Source of the DNA: Octopus sinensis
Lineage: Eukaryota
Assembly: GCF_006345805.1 (NCBI RefSeq)
Contig: NC_043000.1
Coordinates: forward strand, 158,162,001-158,226,000
Length of the DNA: 64,000 nt
Direction of reading: 5' to 3'
The notes beneath the pieces were generated by a model, which ran no database searches, had not been told where the DNA came from, and saw only the letters and a list, made by a program, of their open reading frames with translations. Made by a program: the position numbers and the translations under genes. Of this stretch, positions 12,960 through 26,418 are shown piece by piece. Each line of letters opens with the position of its first letter. Within the stretch, counting starts at the first letter, position 1.

Positions 12960-13630
12960 ATTCGGAGTAGAGGCAGGTGTTGTTATTGGACAGAATTATT
13001 CTCAGGGAAGGTCCGGTGTTCACTATTTGTATGTCGAGTCCTTCCCTGTTGTTCTTTGATTTCCAAAGTGATATTTATATCTGCAGGGCAGATATATCTT
13101 TGCCCCTCTGTCCCGAACAACAATATCCGGCCTATTATGTTTACATGTGACAGAAGTTTTGATGAGAATATTTCACCATTACTCGGTGAGTTGATGTTTA
13201 TGAATGTAATCCATGACAGAAGGATTTTCTAAGTTTATTTCAGGACAGTCCTTTTTTGCGTATGGCATTGTAAATTGTTTTAGCAACAACATCGTAGAAC
13301 ATAGTGGGGTAGTAACGTGACGACATTTTAGGGCAGCCGCTAATCACATGCGTGATGTCTTCCACAAAAACATGTCATAGCCTACACATGCGGATGCACC
13401 TTTGGATTACAAGGGCGTCACTGTCTCTCTTGTTCATCAGGTACTTTGCAGCAATCTCATGTTCCTGGATTTGAAAACGCGTAGTCTTCAAAGCGTGATG
13501 TGATGTATTGGTCTTGTGTCCAAGAGAGATTGCGTTTCGTGTTAATTCTATTGTCTTCTTGAAGTTTCCGGGCAACATACCTATGCATAATCTTTTTCGT
13601 ATACTGAGTGCTTTCCATTCAGGTCGCTAT
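12960..13630 (-). mobile_element. R4/Dong-like LINE fragment (zinc knuckle region)
   Basis: QIQEHEIAAK...MCRL*...EDITHVISGCPKMSSRYY...DVVAKTIY. Confidence 0.7.
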
Positions 13631-14365
13631 ATATGAATTTTTGTATGTATGTATGTATGTATGTATGTATGTATGTATGTATGTATGTATGTATGTATGT
13701 ATGCATGTATGTATGTATGCTTGTATGTATGTATTATGTATGTATATATGTATGTATGCATGCAAGTATGCAAGTATGTATGTGTAATAATTTTCTTGCT
13801 CCCTATATCACGATCATAAATCAAGACAAATGACTAGTGATGCTTTTAGATTTCAACAAATATAACTAACTCTACTTTCAACGTTTGTGTTCACACACAC
13901 AAACACACACACACACATACACACACACACACAAACACACACACACATACACACACACACACATACAGACGCATCATGCACTCACCGGTACACACAAACA
14001 CACATTCATATCTGTATGTCAGTGTCTCTAAGTGGGTCTATGTGAGGAAGTGTGTGAGTGTGTGTATGCATTATATTTCTTTGTTTTCAATTCAAAGAAG
14101 AGTACTTCTTTTAAATATTTGTATGTTCCTATCGTCTATCAGTGGGGAATTCGATTCCCTCATAAAATAGATATACGAAGCTTTTGACAACAGAACATCC
14201 GAAAGATAAGTAGATTTACAGACTTCCACAGATATTTATTCATATCTTAAGGTACACAAAGTAAAGGCAGCGTAATGTGCATTGATGCATGCAAAAAAGA
14301 GATACATGAAATTACTTCAACCTCTCCCACGTTATGAAATATATATATATATATATATAATATAT

Positions 14366-14562
14366 ATATATATATACACTCATATATACATATATGTGTA
14401 AATATATATCTATACATACATACAAACACACATACACGCAACATTGTGACGCAGATATGCATATACCCCTATATATATATATATGTATGTGTGTATGTGT
14501 GTTTGTATGTATGTATAGATATATATTTACACATATATGTATATATGAGTGTATATATATAT
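14366..14562. repeat. ~72-bp inverted repeat of complex TA/CA microsatellite
   Basis: Arms 14366-14437 and 14491-14562; the peptide CVFVCMYRYIFTHICIYECIYI appears on both strands. Confidence 0.8.
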
Positions 14563-14958
14563 GTATGTATATAAACATGTATGTATATCTATGTACTCGG
14601 ATGCAAACGTAAATAAGACAGAATTTTACAGGTATTTTGCCATACCATCGAGTTATGCCTACATTTACATTTGACTGTGATTTCAAGGTATGAGATTATA
14701 ATTTAGTGTACTTTATCAGCCGATATCATGTATGATCTGTGCGTATTGAGTATGCATGTATCTTATCTGTTTCATGTTTCTTGTTTCGTACAATATCTTT
14801 TCATATCAAACATGAATATAAAGTATGCATGTGTAACAAATTTCATTGTTTGAATATTTTCCCTATACACACACACCCACACACACACGCACACACACAC
14901 ACACAAACAAACATACACACACACACATATATATATACATATATATACATATATATAC

Positions 14959-14989
<31 letters not shown>

Positions 14990-15067
14990 CATATATATGC
15001 ATATGTATATATATATGTACATATATATACATAATATATATATATATATATATAAACATATAGATAC

Positions 15068-15149
<82 letters not shown>

Positions 15150-15153
<4 letters not shown>

Positions 15154-15375
15154 TCGCACTCCGTCAGTTACGACGACGAGGGCTCCAGTTTATCCGCTGA
15201 ACGGAACGGCCTTTTCATGAAGTTAACGTGCAAGTGTCTGAGCACTCCACAGACACGTGTAGCCTTAACGTAGTTCTGGTAGAGAATCGGCATGACAGAA
15301 TGCGACAAGACTGGCTCTTTTAAATACAGTTATAGCAGGAACAGGAAGAAAGAGTGAGAGAAAGTTGTGGTGAAA
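15150..15375 (-). mobile_element. 3' part of a SINE family C relative
   Basis: Reverse complement of the CCCTCGTCGTCGTAAC.GACGGAGTGC tail seen at 34960 and 60280. Confidence 0.8.
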
Positions 15376-16044
15376 TTATAGTTTGCTAGAAATAATACCC
15401 AACATCGTCAATTCTTTATTGAATAGTTCTCATGATAGATTATAGCAGTAACAATATGTGAATGGCTCCAGTTACAGTCCCATAAAGGTAAAATTGAGCA
15501 CTTTAAATTTTCATGCTTAGCTGCAACATATTATACCTTCCGGTAGATAACTATGATGTTTTTCCGTTATATAAATATTCTCTGGTAACGCTGGTTCAAC
15601 TGTACCGGGCAGTGGTTCCATGGACTTAAATTTAAACCCATCACACTAAACATTCCTTTTACAAACTGCTAAACCTCTACACATTTTGCTAAGTACCATT
15701 TATAAAACTCCAATCTTCTCTCTAGATAATCTTAAAGGAAAACATGGGCTATTCTTGGAATGTAATATTTTCAATGACAGCTCTTCAAATCCCTATCTCG
15801 CGACACGGTTGCCATAGAGATTTTCGTGTAAGATATTTTCTTGAACTTTGGCAATTCGTTTCTCTCTCGCATTGTGAGATTCATCTAGGTTCGACGTTTT
15901 CCTAAGTTTCTTGAGGAGATTTTCAATAGTTCTGTCTGATTCAACCTTATCTATAATTCAATCATTCGTCACGTAGGCGAAACAGTTTGGAATTCTTCCT
16001 AAATTACTTTCGCTCTCGTATCAATCTATCTATCTATCTATCTA

Positions 16045-16087
<43 letters not shown>

Positions 16088-16104
16088 CTATCTATCTATC
16101 TATC

Positions 16105-16154
<50 letters not shown>

Positions 16155-16964
16155 TGTAAACGAATCAGAAAAGATTGGTAATTTAAGGAAGGAAATATAT
16201 TATGGAAGATTCATTATGGAAGTATAATAGTAACTGTATAATATATAACATAATCTTATATGTATTATTAGACAGTTTAAGTATATATTCATTAAATGTG
16301 ACTGACATTTATGGGTGAGCGCTTGGCCCAAACGGATGCGCAGTCGTGTAGGCTTTGATTTGTGGGTTCAATTCTGTCTAAGGTTAGATCATCATTCTTC
16401 GGTCATTTGTTTTTATTTAGAAATTGTCACTTCTAATCGGAGAATATATATCAGTATGGTGTATATATATATCCGACTGACTGATATGTAACGGCCATCA
16501 TCAATACATCAATGACTTAAATTAATCGGCATACCATTAGACATATGTGCTTTCAAATCGCCCCATTATACACAAACGTATGGAATTATTCAAATATATT
16601 AACCGACCAATGAACCAGCAACCAAACCGCTATTTGAAGATAATTCAAAAGTACTTCGCCAGCTAATATCTCAGAAACCTTATGGAGAAATATCAATACG
16701 ATAAACCTTCATTACTTTAAATAACAAAGAAAATAAAAGGCTTAAAATAAAAACAGGATTTACGTGAGAAATAAGAACTTACAAATCCATAAAATTCATA
16801 AATATAGATATTTTCCAAATCATTACAAATAGTATCAAATCTTAAACGGTAAAAATCAATTATAGCTACCAGCTCACTAACGAGCATTAAATTAAACTTT
16901 TAATTCATTCTATCTAATATGCTATTTCTCTCCGATTGGTGGTTAATTTTTTTTTACTCTATTA

Positions 16965-17525
16965 TTATTGAGTGAGAGAGCAGTGCATGCCATCAAAGTA
17001 ACACTGGGATAAAATATACGAAGCCGAGTATACCCATCATGACTACCCTTCTGATAAGGGTACACTAGGAACATGTATCACAACCATTTGTACGCCACAT
17101 GGTGATCTCATATCAAGATAAACAGCGCATGACCTTGCAGGTGGGGCCCAGTTACAATTTTCTTCTGGTCGAGTAGCCCATCCCACTCAAAAGGTCCCTG
17201 AATAATGATTGTTTAAGGATGTTGAATGAACCACCCATGTTTCCAGAGGTGAATTATCCAAACCTCTAAGAATTCCGTTCAACACATGGCTATGATGCTA
17301 CCCCACTATTTCTGCTCATGATCAGAGATGCACTCACCGTCAGCCACTAAGGGACATGGTCAACTGTTCAAAGTCAAACAACTGACAAGTAGATCTGTGG
17401 TATTGAGCAGAATATTTGCTGTAGCGCATCTTTTATACCAAGACAAAACAATGTACATGATAACACTCCCAATCAGTTAAGATCAGAAGCCATGAGAACC
17501 ACTGTCTGGTATTGTCTGGTACGGC
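16965..17525 (-). mobile_element. Non-autonomous retro-type repeat D with (AAT)n tail
   Basis: Homologous, in opposite orientation, to 40510-40953; ends CTCTCTCACTCAATAATAAT; flanked by TTA arrays. Confidence 0.75.
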
Positions 17526-17586
17526 ATCGATATTATTGTTACTATTATTATTATTATATTATTATATTAGTATTATTATAATTAAA

Positions 17587-17717
17587 GTCACTGCCTGGAA
17601 TCGAACTCGGAATCTTGGATTAGTAGCCCGCGCTCTTAACCACTACGATTATGCCAGTAGTGGTTAAGAGCGCGGGCTACTAACCACAAGATTCAGAGTT
17701 CGATTCCAGGTAGTAAC
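17587..17717. repeat. Head-to-head inverted pair of tRNA-like sequences
   Basis: Arms 17587-17646 and 17657-17717; GTAGTGGTTAAGAGCG D-arm/A-box-like segment, CT-ACT-AA loop, GAGTTCGATTCC B box; no acceptor stem. Confidence 0.85.
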
Positions 17718-17770
17718 AACAAAAACACAACAACAACAACAACAATAATAATAATAACAATAATAATAAC

Positions 17771-17805
<35 letters not shown>

Positions 17806-17821
17806 TAAAATAATAATAATA

Positions 17822-17860
<39 letters not shown>

Positions 17861-17931
17861 TAATAATAACAATAAGAATAACATCGAAATGTACCTTAGT
17901 AATGAGGACTCAGGTTCGAGATTTTCCCAAG

Positions 17932-17975
17932 ACACCTGCTGAAGACTGGAAGGTATATCAGCCGAAACGTTGTGC
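17932..17975 (+). ncRNA. Degenerate type I hammerhead ribozyme
   Basis: ACAC-CTGcTGA-a-GaCTG...CAGCC-GAAA-CGT-T-GTGc; palindromic ACGT stem III. Confidence 0.6.
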
Positions 17976-19059
17976 TAACAAGAAAGAAGATGAGGACAAA
18001 TATCCGTTAAATGTAAATAATGTAAATAATGCTCATAATTCCTTTTCTCTCAAATATAGAACTATTTTAAGTTGGCTAATACAAAAGAAACATCAGTCAA
18101 TAAATTGATTAGACTTTAGGTGATCTTATATGTCATTGGTGAAATTCTAGGTTCTCTTGTACTATACTATCTCCTTGCATGCTTGCCCAACCAGCAGATG
18201 AATAAATCTCCATTAGTAATTACCAGACAGATTATTCTATTAACTCCGAAAGATTAATGAGATCACAATAGTATTCCAAATCAGAAAGATCTCGAAATAT
18301 TTTGATAACTTACTGCCCTGAAAATAAGCAAAAAATAAATAATAATCACCAAAAATGTTAATCCTTCTTGTGTATCTCATATCACGCAGGTGTCTGCAAT
18401 TGCAGAACTTGTGCATCTTTCCATGTAATAATCATCACAGTGACTTATAGGGAGAAGTGAAACTGTTTAAACTACAACGTAACCAATAGATAAACAGCTT
18501 CTGGAAATCGTCTAGATTTACAAACACTTTCGGAGAGCTATATCCCAGTAATTCTACCCGATCTTAAAAGTAGTGTAGACACAATATGGAACAGAGACGA
18601 AATTATGTAACAAAGGTCAATAAATACATTTAAGGAAACTAACCGAAACGTCATGGTATCATACATTAATGCAACGGAGTATTTTTGCAATCGACTATAC
18701 GCAGCAGCCATAAACTCAGGTTAAATATTGCCGTTGAGCACTAATATTATTATAATATCCAAATTAGGCAAAATTTACTCGGAAAAATTACAAGATATAT
18801 TACTCTTTTGCAATTTACCTAAATCAGTCTCAGGCGACTGATCAATAACCCATCTAACACTGTAAAACAACTACTTTACAAAAATAATATAAGACAAGAT
18901 TAGTGATACCACTGAATAATAACACACATATATTTACCATTTATAAGTGGTAAGTTCAACAATCTATTTCATAAGGCCTTTAGTAAAGGAAGCTTCAGTA
19001 TCAGGATAAACTTCTCTCATATAAATATTAGGTGTTTTTGGAAGAGACTGCAACAGTTT

Positions 19060-19394
19060 ACAATAACGGGCGTTATGTCTGTGTGTTTGTTCGTCTGTCT
19101 GTTCCCTTTTCACGGTCAAACGCCTGAATCATTGGTCACGATATTTTTGGGGATTACGAAGGAGATAATCAGGAAGGTTTTTACCGAAAAATGTGAAAAA
19201 GATAATTTAGGAGATATTGTGTTTTGTTTTAATAAATCCCCTTTGATTTTTTCGGTGATTTTTCCTGTGACGTAGATTAACTCTGGATTTCATATAGTTC
19301 GTGAATTTAGTGGATTTAGATTTGCGATATTTTTCCTTTATTTCCCATCGTAGATTGGCAGATTTCCTATCTTACTATAATGAGTACTATGTTC

Positions 19395-19434
<40 letters not shown>

Positions 19435-19520
19435 CTTTGTCTGTTCACTCTAGCATTAAAAAATCAGAAAATCTCATTAGTTCGGGGATATCGATTTTTG
19501 AATTGATAAACCACCTTCGC
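19060..19520 (+). mobile_element. Two Helitron-like 5' end relics
   Basis: TCTTACTATAAT followed by (GTCT)n at ~19370, and a similar GTCTGTGTGTTTGTTCGTCTG...AAACGCCTGAA start at ~19075. Confidence 0.4.
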
Positions 19521-19589
19521 ATTTTCATAAAAAATCCATCGACACGAGTACCTCTGGATTTTTGTCGTATAGCTCGTCGTCCCATCGTA

Positions 19590-20010
19590 GATACGAAGGG
19601 GGTCGTGAGGACGGTTAAAATGGAAAGAGTGCCTGGAGAAGATAGTGCTGCCCTGGTCAAGAGGGTGGCTGCTGGAAGACCCTATGTCTGGCAACAGAAC
19701 TCTGCACCATGTCACCAAATAGGAGAAACCAGTCGGGCAATTTCTGCAGCCACATCACCCCTAACATCTCGCCACCTAACTCTCCAGGCTGCAATTCTCC
19801 TCATTATTTATGTGTGAGGCGCGGTTGAACAACAAAACTCCTTGTCACACTAAAGACGAAATGAAAGCCAGGATTATGGTATCATTCATGAACTTAAACA
19901 AGGAGACAATCCAAAAAAGTTGCAGGAGATTCTGAAGTTTTCTTGGGGTTGTGGTTGAAGCCAATGGCGAATTTATTGAATAATTTACTCTTTAGTACTT
20001 CAAGATATTT
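19590..20010 (+). mobile_element. DD37D (maT-like) transposase 3' fragment
   Basis: KRVAAGRPYVWQQNSAPCH...PNSPGCN; same family as 55581-57450. Confidence 0.75.
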
Positions 20011-20169
20011 CTATATAAGTTATATATTTCTATATCTGTTAAAATGACGGAATAGTCTTGCAGTAAAGGACTAATGTAGGTGTAAAATTTCATAGATGAC
20101 TACTTCCTCCTCTCTGGACATACGTAAAGATATTAGAATGTTAATTTAGTTCCTCAGGTATATATTCTG

Positions 20170-20395
20170 TTATTCTTTTACTTCTTGGAGTACCGCTTTT
20201 AGTCGAATAAATCGTCCCCTGCACTTATTCTTTGTAGGCCTAGCACTTATTCTCTTGGTCACTTTTGCCGAACCGCTAGGTTACGGAGACGTAAACACAC
20301 TAGCATTTGTTGTAAAGCGATGGTGGTGGGACAAACACAGACACAAATGCACACACATACACACTCACATGTATGTATGAATATATATATATATA
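20170..20395 (-). mobile_element. SINE family A, 3' part
   Basis: Homology to 4228-4470. Confidence 0.8.
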
Positions 20396-20579
20396 TGAAT
20401 GGTTACTATGTTACCTTACAATAGAAATCAAATAGATGAGTGACCAACAAGCAATCTACTATTCAACTCTAATATTCTTGAAAACCATTCTCAGAATGAT
20501 CTGTTAGGCAAAGTTGGTTGTATAAAATGCTAAATTACGAATAAATAGATAAAATACATTATGAAAGAGAAGAAACGCA

Positions 20580-22240
20580 GTACCGGCTCTCGTCAGAGAA
20601 GACTATCGAGCTCCATTGTTGGAGCTCCAATGTCTGCGCTATGTAGCCCATTGTAGTCGTGACTGAGGATGGCAGGCGGTGAGGACAGGCCTTCGAGCAG
20701 GACGACTGCAATGCAGGTCTTTAGCCGCCAGACGACCTCGTACCGTGTCGTCACTGATTACTCACTGTCCAGTGCCAATGGTCTCGCAAGCTGTCTCGCT
20801 GGCCCATCTGAAGCGATCACGGTGGTGTTGGTGGCGGATTAAACGGGCCTGCCTTGGCGTGGTCACCCGGGGGCGCCCTCTGCGGATACGGTCTGCAGTA
20901 CTGCTGGTGTTGTTTTATCACTGTTGCAGGCGATGGGTGATGCTGACTTGGACATTGTAAGCTTTCGCAAAAACCAGGGCACGCTACACTGCTTGGAATC
21001 GGCCGATAGCAAGAAAGCCCGTTAGGTCCCTCCTACTATCCGGTCCGCCACGCCGGCCGTAAGGCTGAGCGATGTGCTCCTGAAATGCCTCACACATCTC
21101 CTCGGGTTCGTCTGTCAACTTACCTCGTTGATTCGTCAAAGATCGGATTGCGACATTATTACCACGTTGAGCCACTCGGCACCGTCCTGTGGCGTTGATT
21201 CCCTCACAACCCACTGCACGTAGCTCTGACAATGCAACCCATGTGTTTGACATCGAGGTGCTGGTTTAACACCAGTCCCTTGGCCTTCAACTGAGCCGCA
21301 GAGCCAGTTCTCATTGCTTCCTCTAAGTCCTTGACTAGCGTTGATTCTCTTCTAGCCTCTCTAGCCACCTATTCTATATCTAATAGACACGTATTTAATG
21401 GCTCGCTTGACGGTATACTACGATTTATTGTTAATAATGTCTCCAGTTAATGCCCTCAACAACTTAGCCTGTACTCCTTAATCGCCAAAAGAAACTTATT
21501 AAATTTCCGGTAGGCGGAGTCTCTACTATATAGCTTATATATGTCTAGCTTACAGGTGACCATTTTGTAATCGCTGTAGCTGACCGGGTAGAACTGTGGA
21601 CACCTGACTCTATTTCTATCAGCTTTTCTAATTAACACGAAGTACGACCTGGAAGATCCGTCGCTTTTTGACCATGTCCACAATAGAGCGTTCGGAAATT
21701 CCTGCCTATCAGGATCCGCTAGCTCAAAGCGTGTTAACACTTCCAGGAAGGAAGCGTTACATTTTCTATTACAACACGAGCCAACATAATCTACGCGTGT
21801 ATCGCAGATTGTGTATAGTCTCCTATCACAACTAAAGAATGTAATGTACCAAGAAACTTCTCCAGGTCACGAAAATACGCATTTTACCCCAGTTGTCGTG
21901 GGTGCATAAATTGCAACCAGTCTAATAATCTTACCATGGCTCAACGTCAGGTCCATGATGACCAGCCTACCTTCTGGATCTGCAAAAATTAAATTTTTCT
22001 CAGAAACCCGGTTTCTTTTTAACAGGACCAACACCCCACTTTCGCTAGGAGGACAGCCAGGAGAGAAAAAATCTCATACCCATCCAACAGCGGGAGCAAA
22101 TCTCTTGACCCCCTTAAACCAGGTTTCTGTAGCCACAAATCATCCAAATTACGGGACCTGATGTTATTAAGGAAGCTACCTTGCTTCCAGCCTGACACCA
22201 AGCCACGCACATTTATGCAACCTACATGAATGCTCGACAT
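20580..22240 (-). mobile_element. L1/Tx1-type LINE ORF2 fragment (AP endonuclease, linker, start of RT), decayed
   Basis: MSSIHVGCINVRGL start; WTWSKSDGSSRSY...YSDYKMV...YRKFNKFLL endonuclease end; IRSLTNQRGKLTDEPEEMCEAFQEH linker. Confidence 0.85.
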
Positions 22241-22871
22241 TTCTTACATTGACATCAGTGGGTTGCAGTTTCTTCCTTCTTATTTTCCTTATATTTCTCT
22301 TTTTCACGGGCTCGTGAGGTATATTGACGTAGGCCCTCGTAAATGTGAGATGAGCAATCCAACCTCAGAAATGTGGAATAAATGTAGGAAAAAATAATGT
22401 TAGTAAAACGAAATGTTAACTTATCTGTATGGTAATTTTCTCTCCATGAATTAAACATGGCTACCAGCAATCGTATAATCCAACCTCATTGTGAGGAATG
22501 GAGATTCCAAAGAGCAATATTTGGATGGTGGAATGCTTTAGAAGAAGAATGAGAGCAACCATTGTAGGCTAATAGTTAAATAGACACTAAGACAAACGCA
22601 CGTATACACGCACACAAACACACACACATACATACAGATAGATTGAGAAACAGACAGACAAACTTCGGAAATTCTTTGATGTGTTTCTTCATGAATATAA
22701 ACATTTTCTTGGTAGTACAAAGATCAATTGATTTGTAATCTTTTCTATATATACTCTCGGTCTTCGCGATACACTCTTTTTGCCCTTAAGCTCTTTCTGG
22801 CTTCCGGTTGCCTTGTATAATTTCACAGTTTTGTGAAATCGTTCACCAATATTTAAGAACAAAGATGTATC

Positions 22872-23091
22872 TTTTATATTTCATTGTTTCAGTCATTAGA
22901 CTGCGGCCATGCTGGGACACCTCCCTGAAGTATCTTTAGTCGAATTGACTTCACTTTTTTTAATGTCTGGTGCTTATTCTATCGGTTTCTTTTGCCGAAC
23001 TGTTAAGTTATAGGGAAACAAACACAGACACAAAGGTCATACACGCACAAATACACACACACACACACACACACAACACACACACACACAC

Positions 23092-23139
<48 letters not shown>

Positions 23140-23292
23140 CAATGGGCTTCCTTTAGTTTCAGTTAACCAAATCCAATTTGGTCAGCCCCAGTCTATAGTA
23201 GAAGACACTTGGTCAAAGTTCCACGCACTGGAACTGAATCCTGAATCACGTGTTTGAAAGTAAGTTTCTTACCACACTGTCAAGCCTGCGTC
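22872..23292 (-). mobile_element. SINE family A, diverged
   Basis: Homology to 4228-4707. Confidence 0.85.
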
Positions 23293-23351
23293 TTTAATCA
23301 TAAAGCTGTCGTGTGTATTTATCATTCATTCGTCCAGGTAATATAGCTTGT

Positions 23352-23780
23352 TTTATTCTTTTACTTGTTTCAGTCATTTGACCGCGGCCATGCCGGAGCA
23401 CCACCTTGAGGATTTATTTTTATTTAACAAATCTACCCCAGAACTTCTTGTTAAAGCTTAGTACTTATTCTATCGGTTACTTTTACTGAACTTATAATAA
23501 AGGGGACAGAAACACAAACAGCCTTTGTCAAGCGGTGATAGGGGTACAAACACAGTCATACAGACAGGCCTAAACAGAAATATCTACACAGACGGACGCA
23601 TGCACGCATACATATACACTTGCTACGGGCTTCTTTCAGTTCCCGTCTATCAGTCCCTCTCAGAAGGTTTTGGTCAGCCGCTATTGTAGAAGACACTTGC
23701 CCAAAATGTTACGCAGTGAAACTGAACCCGGAACTATGTAGTTGGGAAGCAAGCTACTGACCACACAGCCACGCCTGTTC
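23352..23780 (-). mobile_element. SINE family A, diverged
   Basis: Homology to 4228-4707. Confidence 0.85.
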
Positions 23781-24104
23781 CTGTTTATTCTTCTCCAGAG
23801 TACGGTGTGTCTGGGAAAACTCCTAACTCACATATTTTTGAATTGGTATTATCGGATATATTATTTCAACATTCAGCAATGTTTCTATGCGCTGGTGGTC
23901 TTAAAATTATAAAGGGGAGCAGTAAATAACTTATAAGTTATGGATGTTAAAAAATCGTCACATTTGTGGTTTATAGGAAAGTGTTTTACAATTACCGCTA
24001 AGAAAGTCTATACTTGTTACTCACGAAATTTCAGTGAAAACGGTGCTTCAACCATATAATCTGACTTCAGTTTTGTCTTTTACTTTCCTGCTGGAGTTTA
24101 GGTA

Positions 24105-25381
24105 CGAGGGGCGTTCAATAAGTAATGCTCCTGACCCACTTCCCATAGCAGTAGAGCAACGAAACTTGGCACAGTTATTAGTCTTTCTCTACATAGGAAC
24201 AACCCAGAGTTACGCATTTCTCCCATCGTTTGATACAGCTCTGGAAACCGTTTTTTTAGAAGACCCAGCTTGGTCCTCCAACCACGACGTGACTTCAGAA
24301 GTCAAGGCTGCATCATCTGGGAAACGCTTTCCTTTCAAAAACAACTTCATGGCTGGAAAGAGGTGAAAATCAGAGGGTGCAAGGTCAGGAGAGTAGGGGG
24401 AGGGGGGAGGGGTTCATAGCCGCACGCCTGTGCTTCTGATCTGGCGACACGCGAGTTGTGGACCGGAGCGTTGTCCTGCAGGAGCAGGATGTCTTTGCTG
24501 ATCTTTCCCCGCCTCTTGATTTTGATAGTTTCTCTTAATTTCCTCAAAAGTGAAGCATAATAGGCTCCTGTAATTGTGGTACCCTTTGCCAAGAAATCTG
24601 TTATCACTACTCCGTCCTTATCCCAGAAGAGTGTGAGCATGACTTTGCCAGCGGAGGGCTGCACCCTTGCCTTCTTTGGAGGAGGTGAGTCACGGTGCTT
24701 CCACTGCATTGACTGGGCTTTGGTCTCTGGATCATAATGATGGACCCAGGTTTCATCCTGTGTAATCAGTCTTTTGAAAAATTTTGACTCATCTTCTTGG
24801 TACATCTCCAAATTTATCCTCGAGCACTCGACGCGTTCTTGCTTCTGGAAAGGTGTGAGCAGCCTGGGAATCCATCTGGCAGACACCTTTTGCATATGCA
24901 AATGGTCATGAATGATAGTTTCCACAGACCCGGTACTAATCGTGACCTCGTGGGCTATTTGGCGAATAGTTATGCGTCGATCTTCCAAAATGGCAGCCTC
25001 AACTTGACGGACAGATGCCTCATCAATTGCAGAAGGAGGCGACCAGATCTGGGAGCTGTTTCCACCGAGTTCCGACCATGTTTGAATTCACGATGCCAGC
25101 GTTTTACAAGGTCATATGATGGGGCATCATCACCATAAGTTACTCTCATTTCATCAAAAGTCTCCCGTGGTGTGCGTCCTTTCAAATACAAAAACCAGAT
25201 CACTGCTCGACACTCAACAGGCTCCATTTCACACTTGACTCAGTTCAAACACCTGTAAATCAGAAATCCCAATTAGTTCAGAGCTGTAATTTGCCACCTA
25301 CTCTATAGAGATATCAATAATTGCACACGCAATCAAACAATGGCAAGTGGGTCAGGGGCATTACTTATTGAACGCCCATCG
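24105..25381 (-). mobile_element. Full-length mariner (DD34D), 1277 bp
   Basis: ~40-bp TIRs CGAGGGGCGTTCAATAAGTAATG.../...CATTACTTATTGAACGCCCATCG; TA TSDs at 24103-24104 and 25382-25383. Confidence 0.96.
24190..25227 (-). pseudogene. Mariner transposase, frameshifted
   Basis: HTH start MEPVECRAVIWFL, WIPRLL, TQDETWVHHYDPE, LLQDNAPVH, and YSPDLAPSDFHLF after a frameshift near 24400; a second frameshift near 25030. Confidence 0.93.
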
Positions 25382-25946
25382 TATATAAGTTAATATTGAT
25401 TTTGAAACTGCTTGATTCTAAAGCCTTATTCAAACACATATCTTATTGGACATTTCGAAATAAATTTTCTTGCTAATATACCATCGACTTAAATTTTCAT
25501 TGTTTGAGTTCTCTTTCTCTCCATCATGAAGCAAAAACTTACTGAACTAGGTTGCGTTCTGTTGAGTATTTTTGAATAAAAAGAAGTATCGGAGTAGATC
25601 AGAGGACTGCATACGCCGAGGTACAAATATAATATTAAAAGTCGTTGCAGGTTTGTAAAACAGAACTAAGTAATATAGACACATATTTCTGTTTGATATG
25701 TGTGGTTGTGTATGCATGCATACTCACAAATACAATGCTATAATTATTTAATTTTCTTTTTGTAAAAAGTATTCTTTTCAACTGTCTACAAACACAACCA
25801 GGCTAAAATAATTAATGCTTTCTTCCAGGAGTGAATAAAAATGCTCAACTTGAGGGTATGGGCCTCTTAAATATTAAGATGGCTTCGGTCGGCCCAGTAT
25901 CAAGTGCTTGAGGAGGAAACTTCCTACTACAGATCTACGCCTGCGC

Positions 25947-25993
<47 letters not shown>

Positions 25994-26382
25994 TATATGA
26001 TTCCCATGAATAATACGTCAACATATTACCGTTAATCATTTGGTTGATTGAAAAGAATTTTACTTTTACGCTGTTTATTTCTTTTATCTTCCATTCGCCT
26101 TATTTATTCAAAGAAAGGGAAAACGAGATAAAAGGTTGTGTGGTGTAAAATATGAAATATTAAGACAGAATGAAAGAACAAACGTACAGAATAGGCTATA
26201 ACATCAAATCATACTTTTTCTTTGTCTGCGTATTCTACATTTTTTTTATATATATTCCTGCCCTATATTCCATTCTATCTCTTTATCCACACACACGAAC
26301 ACACACAGATAAGTACATACATACTTACATACACACATATATAGATATATATATATATGTACATGCATACATACATTCATTC

Positions 26383-26418
<36 letters not shown>

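Noticed and set aside
15420-16020. Possible LINE ORF1 relic on the minus strand
   Set aside because: Multiple stops and only vague similarity; cannot be assigned.
17657-17717. Functional tRNA-Ser(ACT) gene
   Set aside because: No acceptor stem or long variable arm; sits in a repeat context, so it is treated as a tRNA-derived head.
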